A stretch of 64,000 nucleotides of DNA, taken from assembly GCA_963692865.2 (NCBI GenBank), contig OY843592.1, positions 2,976,001-3,040,000 on the forward strand, given 5' to 3'. The notes under the pieces are model-generated. The model did not search any database. It was not told the origin of the DNA and saw only the letters and a program-made list of their open reading frames with translations. Within the stretch, counting starts at the first letter, position 1, and every line of letters begins with the position of its first letter. The stretch is from a bacterium (GTDB lineage: Bacteria > UBA8248). Shown piece by piece: positions 9,322 to 17,343 of this stretch. Position numbers and translations under genes: made by a program.

Positions 9322-9624
9322 CGGGTTGTTGAAAAAACTGGCCCGGCCCTGGGAGCGGACGCGTTTGATGCCCGTCTTGCATGCCACCGTATCGACCTCA
9401 TCCTGAGTAGGCGCGCAAGCGCCGTATCGAAGGATGGGAGGCGCGTAAACGCTCCCTCATCAATCACGTTTGACCCCGCAGGCATGAACTTCGCCCTTCG
9501 TACCCGGCTTCGCCGCTACTCAGGGTGAAGGAGATATTACGCGCCGGAGCGGCGAATGCGCTGCAGGTATCGGTCTTCCCGAGGAGGAAAAACCGATCCT
9601 TGAGGGGACTTTTCCAATAACCCG
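9322..9624. mobile_element. MITE-like element with convergent family B REP-like pair
   Basis: cgggttgttgaaaaaa ... cttttccaataacccg; internal palindromes at 9396-9433 and 9494-9531. Confidence 0.65.
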
Positions 9625-9763
9625 TATTCGGCAGGCGCGTCTTCACGCATATCCATGCGGCGAAAATTGTCCTTCCTTTCGCTTCTACCGTTCACATTCT
9701 ACTTTATAGTACCCAATATAACTAACTGTTAATTTGTGCATTATAGTTCAATTAAAAATTTCC

Positions 9764-9792
9764 TTGATTTTCGTTTTATTTTCGTATACATT
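9764..9792 (+). promoter_or_regulatory. Putative sigma70 promoter of the radical SAM gene
   Basis: TTGATT-N17-TACATT in an AT-rich tract, overlapped by direct repeat ATTTTCGT (9767-9774, 9778-9785). Confidence 0.5.
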
Positions 9793-9828
9793 TTCTCCCT
9801 CACACCAACTCGAACAGGGAGAACAATC

Positions 9829-11073
9829 ATGGTGACGGAAAAAACCCTCCACAAACTGGCCATTCTCGGTGGGCAATCCTTCGACGACAGGGAGGGTCCG
9901 CCCGGCATGCGGAAAAAGCCCAAATACCGGCGAAAATTCCTGGCCTCGGACACGCCGGCGATATTTCCGGTCCCCTTCAAGGGCGGGCGCATCATGCCGC
10001 TTCTCTCCACCATGATGACCAACGCCTGCAGCTACGACTGCCGCTATTGCCCCATGCGGGCTTCTCGCAACATGCCGCGCTATGCCTTCGGCCCCGAGGA
10101 GCTGGCCGACACCTTCATGGCGCTCAAGCGGAGAAACCGCGCCGAGGGGCTTTTCCTCACCAGCGGCGTTCCGGGCAGCGGCGTCACGGGGGTGGACAGG
10201 ATGATAGCCGCGGCGGAAATCCTGCGCTTCAAGCACCATTTCCATGGCTACATCCACTTGAAGATGCTGCCGGGGGTGGAGGATTCCCAACTCGGGCGCG
10301 CAGCCCAGATAGCCACGAGACTCTCGGTGAACCTCGAAGCCGCCACCCAACGGGGTCTTCACGCCATGGCGCCCGAGAAGAGCCTCGACGCCGACCTGAA
10401 ACCCGCCCTCGAATACGCAGGGGAGATGGCGCGCGAGTCGTTTTTCGAAAGATCCGGCCTCATCGCCGACGGCGTGACGACGCAGTTCATCGTCGGCGCA
10501 AGCGGGGAGAGCGACATGGACGTCCTCTCGGCTTCCCACGCGCTCCAGAAGAAGGGTCTTTTGCGCCACACCCATTTCAGCGCCTTCAAGGCGGTGGAGA
10601 ACACGCCGATGGACGGGGTGCCCTCGGTCTCCAAAACGCGCGAGCACAGGCTCTACCAGGCGGAACACCTCCTGCGCGAATATGGATTCGGGTTGGATGA
10701 AATTCCCGCCTCAGACGGCAACCTGGCGCTCGACGAGGACCCCAAGACGACGTGGGCGAGGAGAAACCTCTCGCAGTTCCCGGTGGAGATCATGACCGCG
10801 GACCCACAGACCTTGATGCGCGTGCCGGGGGTCGGCCCCACATGGGCGAAGCGCTTGGTGGAAGTCAGGAGAAAAGCCCACATCCGCGATTTCAGGTATC
10901 TGACGCGACTGGGCCGCATCCGCAAATCGGCGGCAGGGTGGCTCGCGCTTCGCGGCAAGCGCCTTGGGCCCAAACCCATGCTCGCCACGCAACTGAGCCT
11001 CGGCCTGCAGCACAGGGGAAAAAGGCGCGTTCATCCCTCGATGAGCAACTTACCGCCGTGTTCATTTCGTTGA
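9829..11073 (+). CDS. Putative DNA modification/repair radical SAM protein with helix-hairpin-helix (TIGR03916-like)
   Basis: TNACSYDCRYC (CxxxCxxC), EGLFLTSG, GYIHLK, RLSVNLE, TTQFIVGA, REHRLYQAE, LMRVPGVG. Confidence 0.88.
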   Translation: MVTEKTLHKLAILGGQSFDDREGPPGMRKKPKYRRKFLASDTPAIFPVPFKGGRIMPLLSTMMTNACSYDCRYCPMRASRNMPRYAFGPEELADTFMALKRRNRAEGLFLTSGVPGSGVTGVDRMIAAAEILRFKHHFHGYIHLKMLPGVEDSQLGRAAQIATRLSVNLEAATQRGLHAMAPEKSLDADLKPALEYAGEMARESFFERSGLIADGVTTQFIVGASGESDMDVLSASHALQKKGLLRHTHFSAFKAVENTPMDGVPSVSKTREHRLYQAEHLLREYGFGLDEIPASDGNLALDEDPKTTWARRNLSQFPVEIMTADPQTLMRVPGVGPTWAKRLVEVRRKAHIRDFRYLTRLGRIRKSAAGWLALRGKRLGPKPMLATQLSLGLQHRGKRRVHPSMSNLPPCSFR

Positions 11074-11113
11074 TGTTGCGGCCAAAATGCGTGGTTGGAT
11101 TGCGCCCGCCCGC

Positions 11114-11142
11114 TTGACGCGGATATGCGATGGGACTACCCT
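11114..11142 (+). promoter_or_regulatory. Possible sigma70 promoter for tRNA-Glu
   Basis: TTGACG-N17-TACCCT about 55 bp upstream of the tRNA. Confidence 0.35.
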
Positions 11143-11196
11143 TCCCGTCTCTCGCTGTAGAGCCAATGCGCGCGATGCGAGAGGACACCGCTTCAT

Positions 11197-11271
11197 GGCC
11201 CCTTCGTCTAGCGGTCAGGACACCGGCCTCTCACGCCGGTAACAGGGGTTCGAGTCCCCTAGGGGTCACCA
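11197..11271 (+). tRNA. tRNA-Glu (anticodon CTC)
   Basis: Cloverleaf: GGCCCCT/AGGGGTC acceptor stem, CCGGC-ctCTCac-GCCGG anticodon arm, GTTCGAGT T loop, encoded CCA. Confidence 0.97.
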
Positions 11272-11301
11272 GTAAGAACAAGCTCACAAGTGATACTCGC
11301 C

Positions 11302-11946
11302 TCAACCCCAGGTGTTCATGTGGACGATCTCATCGAGCGGTCGGCGCTTGGCGGGCCGGAAATTCATCCCCAGCGTCCAGGCCACTGGGATGAGCGCCAC
11401 CTGCATGAAGTCTTCCGGCACGCCGAGAAGCTCCGCCGCCTCCATCTCGCAGCGCAGGTGCAGCGTGGTGAACACCGAACCCAGCCCGCGTGAGCGCAGC
11501 GCCAGTTGAAAACTCCACACCGCCGGAATGACGGACCCCATGAGGCCAGCCCACATGAAACGCGGCGGATTATCGGGCAGGAAATTCTGGATGCACGGAA
11601 TCACGTGCACGGGGGCGCGCTCGATGTTCTCGGCCAGATAGATGGCGGAATCGAACACCCGCTCATCCTGCGCGGCCCCGCTTTCTCGCGCCTGCGCCAG
11701 GCCCTGCGCGAGGTATTCATCCCCTCCCTTGCGGTAGAGCCGCCCGAGTTCACGGCGTTTGTCCTCATCCGTCACCACGAGCCAGCGCCAGCCCTGGCGG
11801 TTCGAACCCGTGGGGGCCTGCAGGCCGAGTTCGAGACAATCCATCACGACCTCTGTCGGCACTTCACGGTCGAAATCGAGGCGCTTGCGCACCGAGCGCG
11901 TCGTGGAAAGGAGTTTGTCGGTCATTGCGAGGTCGAAACCGGCCAT
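11302..11946 (-). CDS. Nitroreductase family protein
   Basis: TTRSVRK, QAPTGSNRQGW, LALRSRGLGS, KRRPLDEIVH. Confidence 0.9.
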   Translation of the reverse strand: MAGFDLAMTDKLLSTTRSVRKRLDFDREVPTEVVMDCLELGLQAPTGSNRQGWRWLVVTDEDKRRELGRLYRKGGDEYLAQGLAQARESGAAQDERVFDSAIYLAENIERAPVHVIPCIQNFLPDNPPRFMWAGLMGSVIPAVWSFQLALRSRGLGSVFTTLHLRCEMEAAELLGVPEDFMQVALIPVAWTLGMNFRPAKRRPLDEIVHMNTWG

Positions 11947-12106
11947 GCGGCCCTCCTTTCAGGTGCAAGATTCGGTTATTTCAAGCGAGATGCGACATGG
12001 TATCAAAACGCAAGACTCCGCGTAACGCACGGCGCGCGCCGGTTCCCAAAGGCGGCGTCGTTCTTCTATAATCCCTCCAATTCCTATCACCAAAACGAGG
12101 ATAATC

Positions 12107-12790
12107 ATGTCGAACCAGGCAAGCGAAACCAGCAAAATCCGGCTGCTCGACCCCGATGCGGCGGCGGGTGATACGGCGCGTTTCTTCGAGGCGACGCGCG
12201 AGTTTCTGGGACGCATCCCCAATTCCGCGCTCGCAATGGCGAACACGCCCTACATCGCGCGCTTCTACCTCCCCTTCAACGCCACGCTCCAGCGCGAGGG
12301 CATGGGCGGTCTGCTGACCTGCAAGATAAAGGAGATCGTGGTTCTCAAGACGAGCTTCGTGAATTCTTGCGCCTACTGAATCGCGCACAACACGGCGCTT
12401 GGTCAAGCGACGGGAATCACGGATGAGCAGATCGAGGCCATCGCCTCGGACGATTACATGACCTCCCCCCTTTTAAGTCCGCGCGAGCGCGCCGCCTGCC
12501 TGTGGGCGGAGCATTTTACGCGAAACACCGCGCGCGAGAACCCGGACGTGCTCGAAGAGGTGAAGCGGCATTTCACCGATGGCGAGATCGTCGAGATGTC
12601 TCTCATGAGCGGCAAGCAGAGCATGATGAACCGCTTCATGGACTCGTTCGCCATCCCCATTGAGGACGAGGGCGAGGTGAACAAGATCAAAAAATCTGTG
12701 CGCGGGAATCCCGACAAGATGAAGGCGTATCTCCAGGCGCTCATCGACAACTGGCCCGAGGAGTTCCCCGAACCCAACCCGGATGAATAG
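12107..12790 (+). CDS. AhpD/carboxymuconolactone decarboxylase-like peroxidase, probable selenoprotein (UGA 12377-12379 = Sec, CxxU)
   Basis: ORFs 12107-12379 and 12458-12790 share a frame; read-through gives KEIVVLKTSFVNSCAY-U-IAHN...GITDEQI, matching the AhpD E..NxCxxCxxH motif. Confidence 0.85.
12392..12412 (+). promoter_or_regulatory. Putative bacterial SECIS hairpin
   Basis: CGCTT-GGTC-AAGCG (12396-12409); G-starting apical loop begins 21 nt after the UGA. Confidence 0.65.
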
Positions 12791-12817
12791 GGAGCAAAGA
12801 CAAAAGCCGCCCCCGGC

Positions 12818-13852
12818 CTACAAATAATCCCGTACTGCCACAGTCCGTCCCATGCGCGAACTCGCGTCCGCCGCGAAGACGACGGCGAGGTTCTCGTGCG
12901 CGACGCGGCCGTCCACCTCGGGCGTTCTGTCTCCGCGCACGCAGTCGGCGAAATCCTCGAGCGCGTCTCGGAACATGTCCCCCTCGGGCACCTCGTATAC
13001 GGCGTCTTCGCCCAGCGGATCCCTGTCGACGTGGAGGCGGATGGGTTCCGGCGCCTTGGAAGGGTCGCGCCACTGCTGGCCCGTGATGCGGAAGTGCGCG
13101 ACGCCCTTCGTGCCGTGCACGTTCATGTGAAACGCCCAGGGACACGCCCAGCCCCCGCCGACGTAGGAGAGCGCGCCGCTCTCGTGCTCGAGAATCATCA
13201 TCGAGGTGTCGTCCACGTCCTCGGTCGCATAGGCGCGCTTGAGCCTGGCGGTGACGTTTTTAATCGGACCGTGCAGGTAGCGGAACGTGTCGATGTGGTG
13301 GATGGACAGCTGGATGACGACGCCGGTGGGGTTGAGCTCCCGGCTCGAGCGCCACTTCTCGGGCGTGAGTTCCAGCCCCCGCTCGGTGCAGAAGTTGCTC
13401 TCGCTCATCGAGATTTTTCCAATTTCACCCGCGTCTATCAGCTCCTTCATGCGCCTCGATACGGCCAGTCGGCGCGCGCTGTGGCCCACCGCCAGCTTGA
13501 CGCCCGCGCCCTCGGCCGCATCCACGATGGCCCGGGAGTGCTCCAGGCTGTGCGCGATGGGCTTTTCGCAGTAGACGTGCTTGCCCGCGGCGGCCAGGGC
13601 CTCGATGTGCTCCTTGTGGTTGTGGTTGGGCGTCGTGAGGATGACGGCCTCGACCTCATCGTCATTCAGCAGCGCATCCAGGCTATCCGCCTCGCGCGCG
13701 CCGTAGCGCTCCATGAAGGCGCCGCGTTTTTCCGCTGTGCGGCTGAAGCACGAGACGAGCCGGATTTTGCCTCCACGGAGCGCTGCGTCTGCGAGCACGT
13801 TGGCCCAGCGGCCCAGCCCCATCGAGGCGACGCGCACGGGTTCGAACGACAT
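12818..13852 (-). CDS. Gfo/Idh/MocA family oxidoreductase
   Basis: GLGRWA Rossmann motif, TPNHNH, AGKHVYCEKP, IHHID. Confidence 0.92.
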   Translation of the reverse strand: MSFEPVRVASMGLGRWANVLADAALRGGKIRLVSCFSRTAEKRGAFMERYGAREADSLDALLNDDEVEAVILTTPNHNHKEHIEALAAAGKHVYCEKPIAHSLEHSRAIVDAAEGAGVKLAVGHSARRLAVSRRMKELIDAGEIGKISMSESNFCTERGLELTPEKWRSSRELNPTGVVIQLSIHHIDTFRYLHGPIKNVTARLKRAYATEDVDDTSMMILEHESGALSYVGGGWACPWAFHMNVHGTKGVAHFRITGQQWRDPSKAPEPIRLHVDRDPLGEDAVYEVPEGDMFRDALEDFADCVRGDRTPEVDGRVAHENLAVVFAADASSRMGRTVAVRDYL

Positions 13853-13953
13853 GTTGTTTTCTCCTCGGGAAATTGTAAGTCGGTGGATTAGCGGAATCCG
13901 ATATTCATCAGGGCGAGCGAAACTCTGAAAAACTCCACGATATCAAGCCTGCG

Positions 13954-14412
13954 CTAGATACTCACCTGGAAATTGGGCAAGCGCACGCCCGCCGCCGGAT
14001 CCACCGGGGCCGCGCTCAATTCATCGAGCGTTGTGTTGCGCAGCGTCTCGTCTATCGCGTCTTCGAGTTTTTTCCACAAGGCGCGGCTTCCGCATACCGG
14101 AATGTTCGGACACGGCGACGAGGGAGGCTCATCGCCGCAATCGACGGGCTGAATCGTCTCCCCCACCGCGGAGAGAACGTCGCGCATGTTGATATCAGAA
14201 GGCGGCAGCGCGAGGATGTAGCCGCCCCCCGGCCCCCGCGTACTGCTCACCAGAGAGGCCCTGCGCATCTTCACGAACAACTGTTCGAGATAGTGCTGGC
14301 TGATTCCGAGCCTGCCGGCTATCTGGGGCAAGGGCACGGGATGCGTCTGCGAATGCCTCGCCAGCTCTATCATGGCGAGCACGGCGTATCGCCCCTTGGT
14401 CGATATTTTCAT
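13954..14412 (-). CDS. Rrf2 family regulator, IscR/CymR-like with three Cys
   Basis: MKISTKGRYA, YLEQLF, STRGPGGGY, C-x8-C-x5-C. Confidence 0.92.
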   Translation of the reverse strand: MKISTKGRYAVLAMIELARHSQTHPVPLPQIAGRLGISQHYLEQLFVKMRRASLVSSTRGPGGGYILALPPSDINMRDVLSAVGETIQPVDCGDEPPSSPCPNIPVCGSRALWKKLEDAIDETLRNTTLDELSAAPVDPAAGVRLPNFQVSI

Positions 14413-14443
14413 CGGCGGCGTCCTCTCATCTCACGTCTAAGCC

Positions 14444-15184
14444 TCATGGCTGAACGAGCGCTCCCCGCCTCGTGGGGATTTTCGTTTGCTCACTCCCGGC
14501 GAGCGCGCAGACGGGGCAATCCGGATCCCGGGCCACACGTACGCTCCCGGCGGTGTTTTTCCACAAATCGGCCGTCATCAGCCTGTTCGACCAGGCCGGC
14601 TCAAGCCCCCCGAGAACACGCAGCGCATCTGCGGCCTGCGCCATGCCCACGAAACCGGCCACCGCGCCGAAAACGCCCGCATCCCCGCAGTCGAGGCCGC
14701 GCGCGTCAGCGCCCTCCTCGCCCACCAGGCAGCGCAGGCAGGCGCTCTCACAGGGCAGAATCGTCATCACCTGCCCGAAAAAGCGCAAGACGCCTCCCAT
14801 GACCCACGGCGTCCCGGCCGCGATGCAGGCGTCGTTAAGAATGAGCTTGGTCGTCAAATTGTCGCTTCCATCGATCACGACGTCATAAGGCGCGATGATC
14901 CGGGCGACATTCTCGCGCGTGATTTTCTGGGGAATCTTGTCCACCGCTACTTCGGTGGACAGCCTGAATATGGAATCAGCGCCCGAGTCGACTTTTAGAC
15001 GGCCGATGTCTTCGGTTCGATGGAGAATCTGGCGCGCCAGGTTGTCGAGCGTCACGGCGTCGTGATCGGCAAGCCCGATACGCCCCACGCCGGAAGCAGC
15101 CAGCGCCAGCGCCGCGGGGCAGCCCAGGCCGCCGACGCCCACAATGAGTGCGGACGAACGCGCCAGAGCGCTCTCATCACTCAT
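14444..15184 (-). CDS. ThiF/MoeB adenylyltransferase (E1-like), catalytic motifs intact, N-terminal Arg-finger segment absent
   Basis: GVGGLG, ADHD, DNLARQ, K, DGSDN, CLRC, DCGDAG, CPVC; ATG 15184 after GAGGAG overlapping the JAMM gene stop. Confidence 0.9.
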   Translation of the reverse strand: MSDESALARSSALIVGVGGLGCPAALALAASGVGRIGLADHDAVTLDNLARQILHRTEDIGRLKVDSGADSIFRLSTEVAVDKIPQKITRENVARIIAPYDVVIDGSDNLTTKLILNDACIAAGTPWVMGGVLRFFGQVMTILPCESACLRCLVGEEGADARGLDCGDAGVFGAVAGFVGMAQAADALRVLGGLEPAWSNRLMTADLWKNTAGSVRVARDPDCPVCALAGSEQTKIPTRRGALVQP

Positions 15185-15675
15185 GCGCCCGCCTCCTCGA
15201 ATATCTCCAGATCGCTTTCGATGAAGGTTTTTTGCTCCGCGTCCCAGGAATACACCTTCTGGCCGATAACGGCGCCTTCGCGCACGCTCATGACGACGTG
15301 CTCGGCATCCGGAAACGCCGGAATATCCCCGAAAGGAACCGCCGCATCCACGTCTTCCTGTGAAAAATAGGCGTCCTCGTCCGGGTGGCTGTGAAAGATG
15401 CCGCGAACCATCTCGCCCGCCTCCTCGGCGCGCCTCACGATGCGCTCGAACTCGAACGGGTCGATCAAAAAGGCGCGCCTCGCCGTCCGGGGATAGATTT
15501 CCGGGTCCTTCTCGTGCATCTCGTTCTGCACGTTCTTGCAGGGCAGAAGAGCGAGGGTTTCTTCCGCGTTCCCTCTCGCGCGCGGAGGCCCGATGATCAA
15601 ACCGCAGCACTCATCGGGATACGCCTCGCGCGCGTGGCGGTGCATCGCTTCCACCTGGTCACGATTCAGACGCAA
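15181..15675 (-). CDS. JAMM/MPN+ metallopeptidase (M67, Mec-like)
   Basis: YPDECCG and HSHPDEDAYFSQED = E...HxH-x7-S-x2-D. Confidence 0.92.
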   Translation of the reverse strand: MRLNRDQVEAMHRHAREAYPDECCGLIIGPPRARGNAEETLALLPCKNVQNEMHEKDPEIYPRTARRAFLIDPFEFERIVRRAEEAGEMVRGIFHSHPDEDAYFSQEDVDAAVPFGDIPAFPDAEHVVMSVREGAVIGQKVYSWDAEQKTFIESDLEIFEEAGA

Positions 15676-15686
15676 ATCAAGTCCCC

Positions 15687-16625
15687 TTAGCGCGCCTCGC
15701 TCAAGTACCTGTCCCCTCCGTCGGGAAACAGGGTGACGATGACGCCCTTTCCTATCTGCTTCGCCACCTCGCGCACGCCAACGAGCGCGGCGCCCGCCGA
15801 GTGGCCGATGAACAGGCCCTCTTCTTTGGCGATGCGATCGGCGAGATCGTAGCTCTCCTCGGTACCCGCCGGGATCAGGTGGTCGTGTACGCTCTCATCG
15901 TAAATCCCCGGGCGTATGGCCGTCGGGATGTGCTTCATTCCTTCCAACCCGTGAAACGATTCTGACGGCATGACCGCATGAACCACGACGTCCGGTTTCC
16001 TTGCTTTCAATCCGCGCCCCGTGCCCACCAGCGTGCCCGTGGTGCCGAGACCCGCGGCGAAGTGCTCCGCGCGCCCGTCGGTCTGTTCCAGAATCTCGAC
16101 CGCCGTCGTCTCGACGTGAGCGAGCGGGTTGGCGGGGTTGTCATACTGGCACGGCAGGAAATACTTCTCCGGCTCCTCGTGGTGCATCTTCGCCGCGAGG
16201 CGCTGCGCCCCGTCCGAACCCTCCAGGGGGTCCGAGAGAATAATGTCGGCCCCATAGCCCTTGAGCGTCGCCTTGCGCTCGTCGCTCGCGTTCGCGGGTA
16301 GCACGAGACGGACGGGAATCCCCAAAGCCGCGCCTATCATGGCGTAGGCGATACCGGTGTTCCCGCTCGTGGAATCAAGCAGAATTTTCCCGGGTCTCAA
16401 TTCTCCCGTTTCCAGTCCGTCCTTCACCATGAAGAGCGCCGGCCTGTCCTTCACCGAGCCGCCCGGGTTGAACCACTCCGCCTTGGCGTAGACCTCCACT
16501 TCCGGGAATTCGCTCTCGAACAACTTGATTTCGAGCAGGGGGGTGTTGCCGATACACTTGATTATCGGGGAATCCCCTAGATTTCTGAACGCGCTCGCGG
16601 GATTCTCCACCGTCGATTCGACCAT
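15687..16625 (-). CDS. cysM: Cysteine synthase, CysM-like
   Basis: IGNTPL, NPGGSVKDR, TSGNTG, QYDNPAN, GLGTTGT, LEGMKH, PDGGDRYLS. Confidence 0.85.
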   Translation of the reverse strand: MVESTVENPASAFRNLGDSPIIKCIGNTPLLEIKLFESEFPEVEVYAKAEWFNPGGSVKDRPALFMVKDGLETGELRPGKILLDSTSGNTGIAYAMIGAALGIPVRLVLPANASDERKATLKGYGADIILSDPLEGSDGAQRLAAKMHHEEPEKYFLPCQYDNPANPLAHVETTAVEILEQTDGRAEHFAAGLGTTGTLVGTGRGLKARKPDVVVHAVMPSESFHGLEGMKHIPTAIRPGIYDESVHDHLIPAGTEESYDLADRIAKEEGLFIGHSAGAALVGVREVAKQIGKGVIVTLFPDGGDRYLSEAR

Positions 16626-16658
16626 TGGTATGGCCCTCGCACTTGGCTCCTGAAAACT

Positions 16659-17309
16659 TCAGGAAAGGTTCGCACGCGCCTCAATCAAGCCATGCGAAAA
16701 ATCGAAACGGGCCTGCGCAGTCGACCCCACCGTATCCGTCTCATCCACCAGATGCCGCAAGACCCGTGCGGCCAGCCATGCGCCCAATGCGCCCCGGGCC
16801 GCCACAGTTGATGCTTCCCCTCCACCAGAGGACGCCCCTGTTTGAGCGAAGGAGCGGGGGCGCTCTGAAATCTCTCCCGCCTCACCACGGGATACGCCTC
16901 GGATGAGGAATTTTCCCGCTCCCTTGAAAGCCTCCAGGTCTCCTGCGGACTCATCGCCCAGCCAGACGAGGACGTCGAAAACCTCTTCCGCACCCTCACC
17001 CGGGCGAACGGGAACCAGCCTCGAATCGGGATTGAGTCTCTTGAGGCCGTTTCCCAGGCAGCCGCCATAGAGAGCGGAGAGCGGCGATTTTTGCCTGATT
17101 CCATCGTCCTCATCGAGCGGACACCAGCCGATTCGTCCCACGCCTGCTGCGGCCAGATACGCCAGGGCCATGAGCGCCGCGCTTTCCTCATCCTCCGAAT
17201 ATGCGATGAGGACGGAAGAAGCCAAAAGACGCTCCTGCCCGGCTCCTCCCACACCGGGGAGCAAAATGTGTCGGCTGTAGCGCTGAATCTGCTCTTCGCT
17301 CAGACCCAA
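16659..17309 (-). CDS. Degenerate ThiF/MoeB-fold protein (predicted inactive adenylation domain)
   Basis: MoeB-like N-terminus LSEEQIQRYSRHILLPGVGGAGQERL, YLAAAGVGRI and LKRLNPD retained; GxGxxG, NLxRQ, DxxDN and both CxxC absent; TTG start with GAGGAG. Confidence 0.8.
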   Translation of the reverse strand: MGLSEEQIQRYSRHILLPGVGGAGQERLLASSVLIAYSEDEESAALMALAYLAAAGVGRIGWCPLDEDDGIRQKSPLSALYGGCLGNGLKRLNPDSRLVPVRPGEGAEEVFDVLVWLGDESAGDLEAFKGAGKFLIRGVSRGEAGEISERPRSFAQTGASSGGGEASTVAARGALGAWLAARVLRHLVDETDTVGSTAQARFDFSHGLIEARANLS

Positions 17310-17343
17310 GGGGCGACTCTCCTCTCAGGCGTTCTGCGGGCGA

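Noticed and set aside
1-9624. Repeat clusters as a CRISPR array
   Set aside because: Repeats are inverted pairs at irregular spacing, not direct repeats with uniform spacers; no cas genes
11197-11301. tRNA-Glu as an integration site of an island or prophage
   Set aside because: No integrase nearby and no duplicated tRNA 3' end noticed in the window
12107-12790. Two small genes or a nonsense pseudogene
   Set aside because: The stop is TGA at the catalytic Cys column, the frame continues and a SECIS-like hairpin follows
15185-15610. 142-aa N-terminal extension of the 388-aa ORF (possible frameshift fusion with JAMM)
   Set aside because: Overlaps the JAMM gene in another frame, has Arg-rich shadow composition, and a good RBS precedes ATG 15184
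16659-17309. Degenerate ThiF as a pseudogene
   Set aside because: Intact 216-codon ORF with RBS, and motif loss is selective and complementary to the second paralogue; not formally excluded
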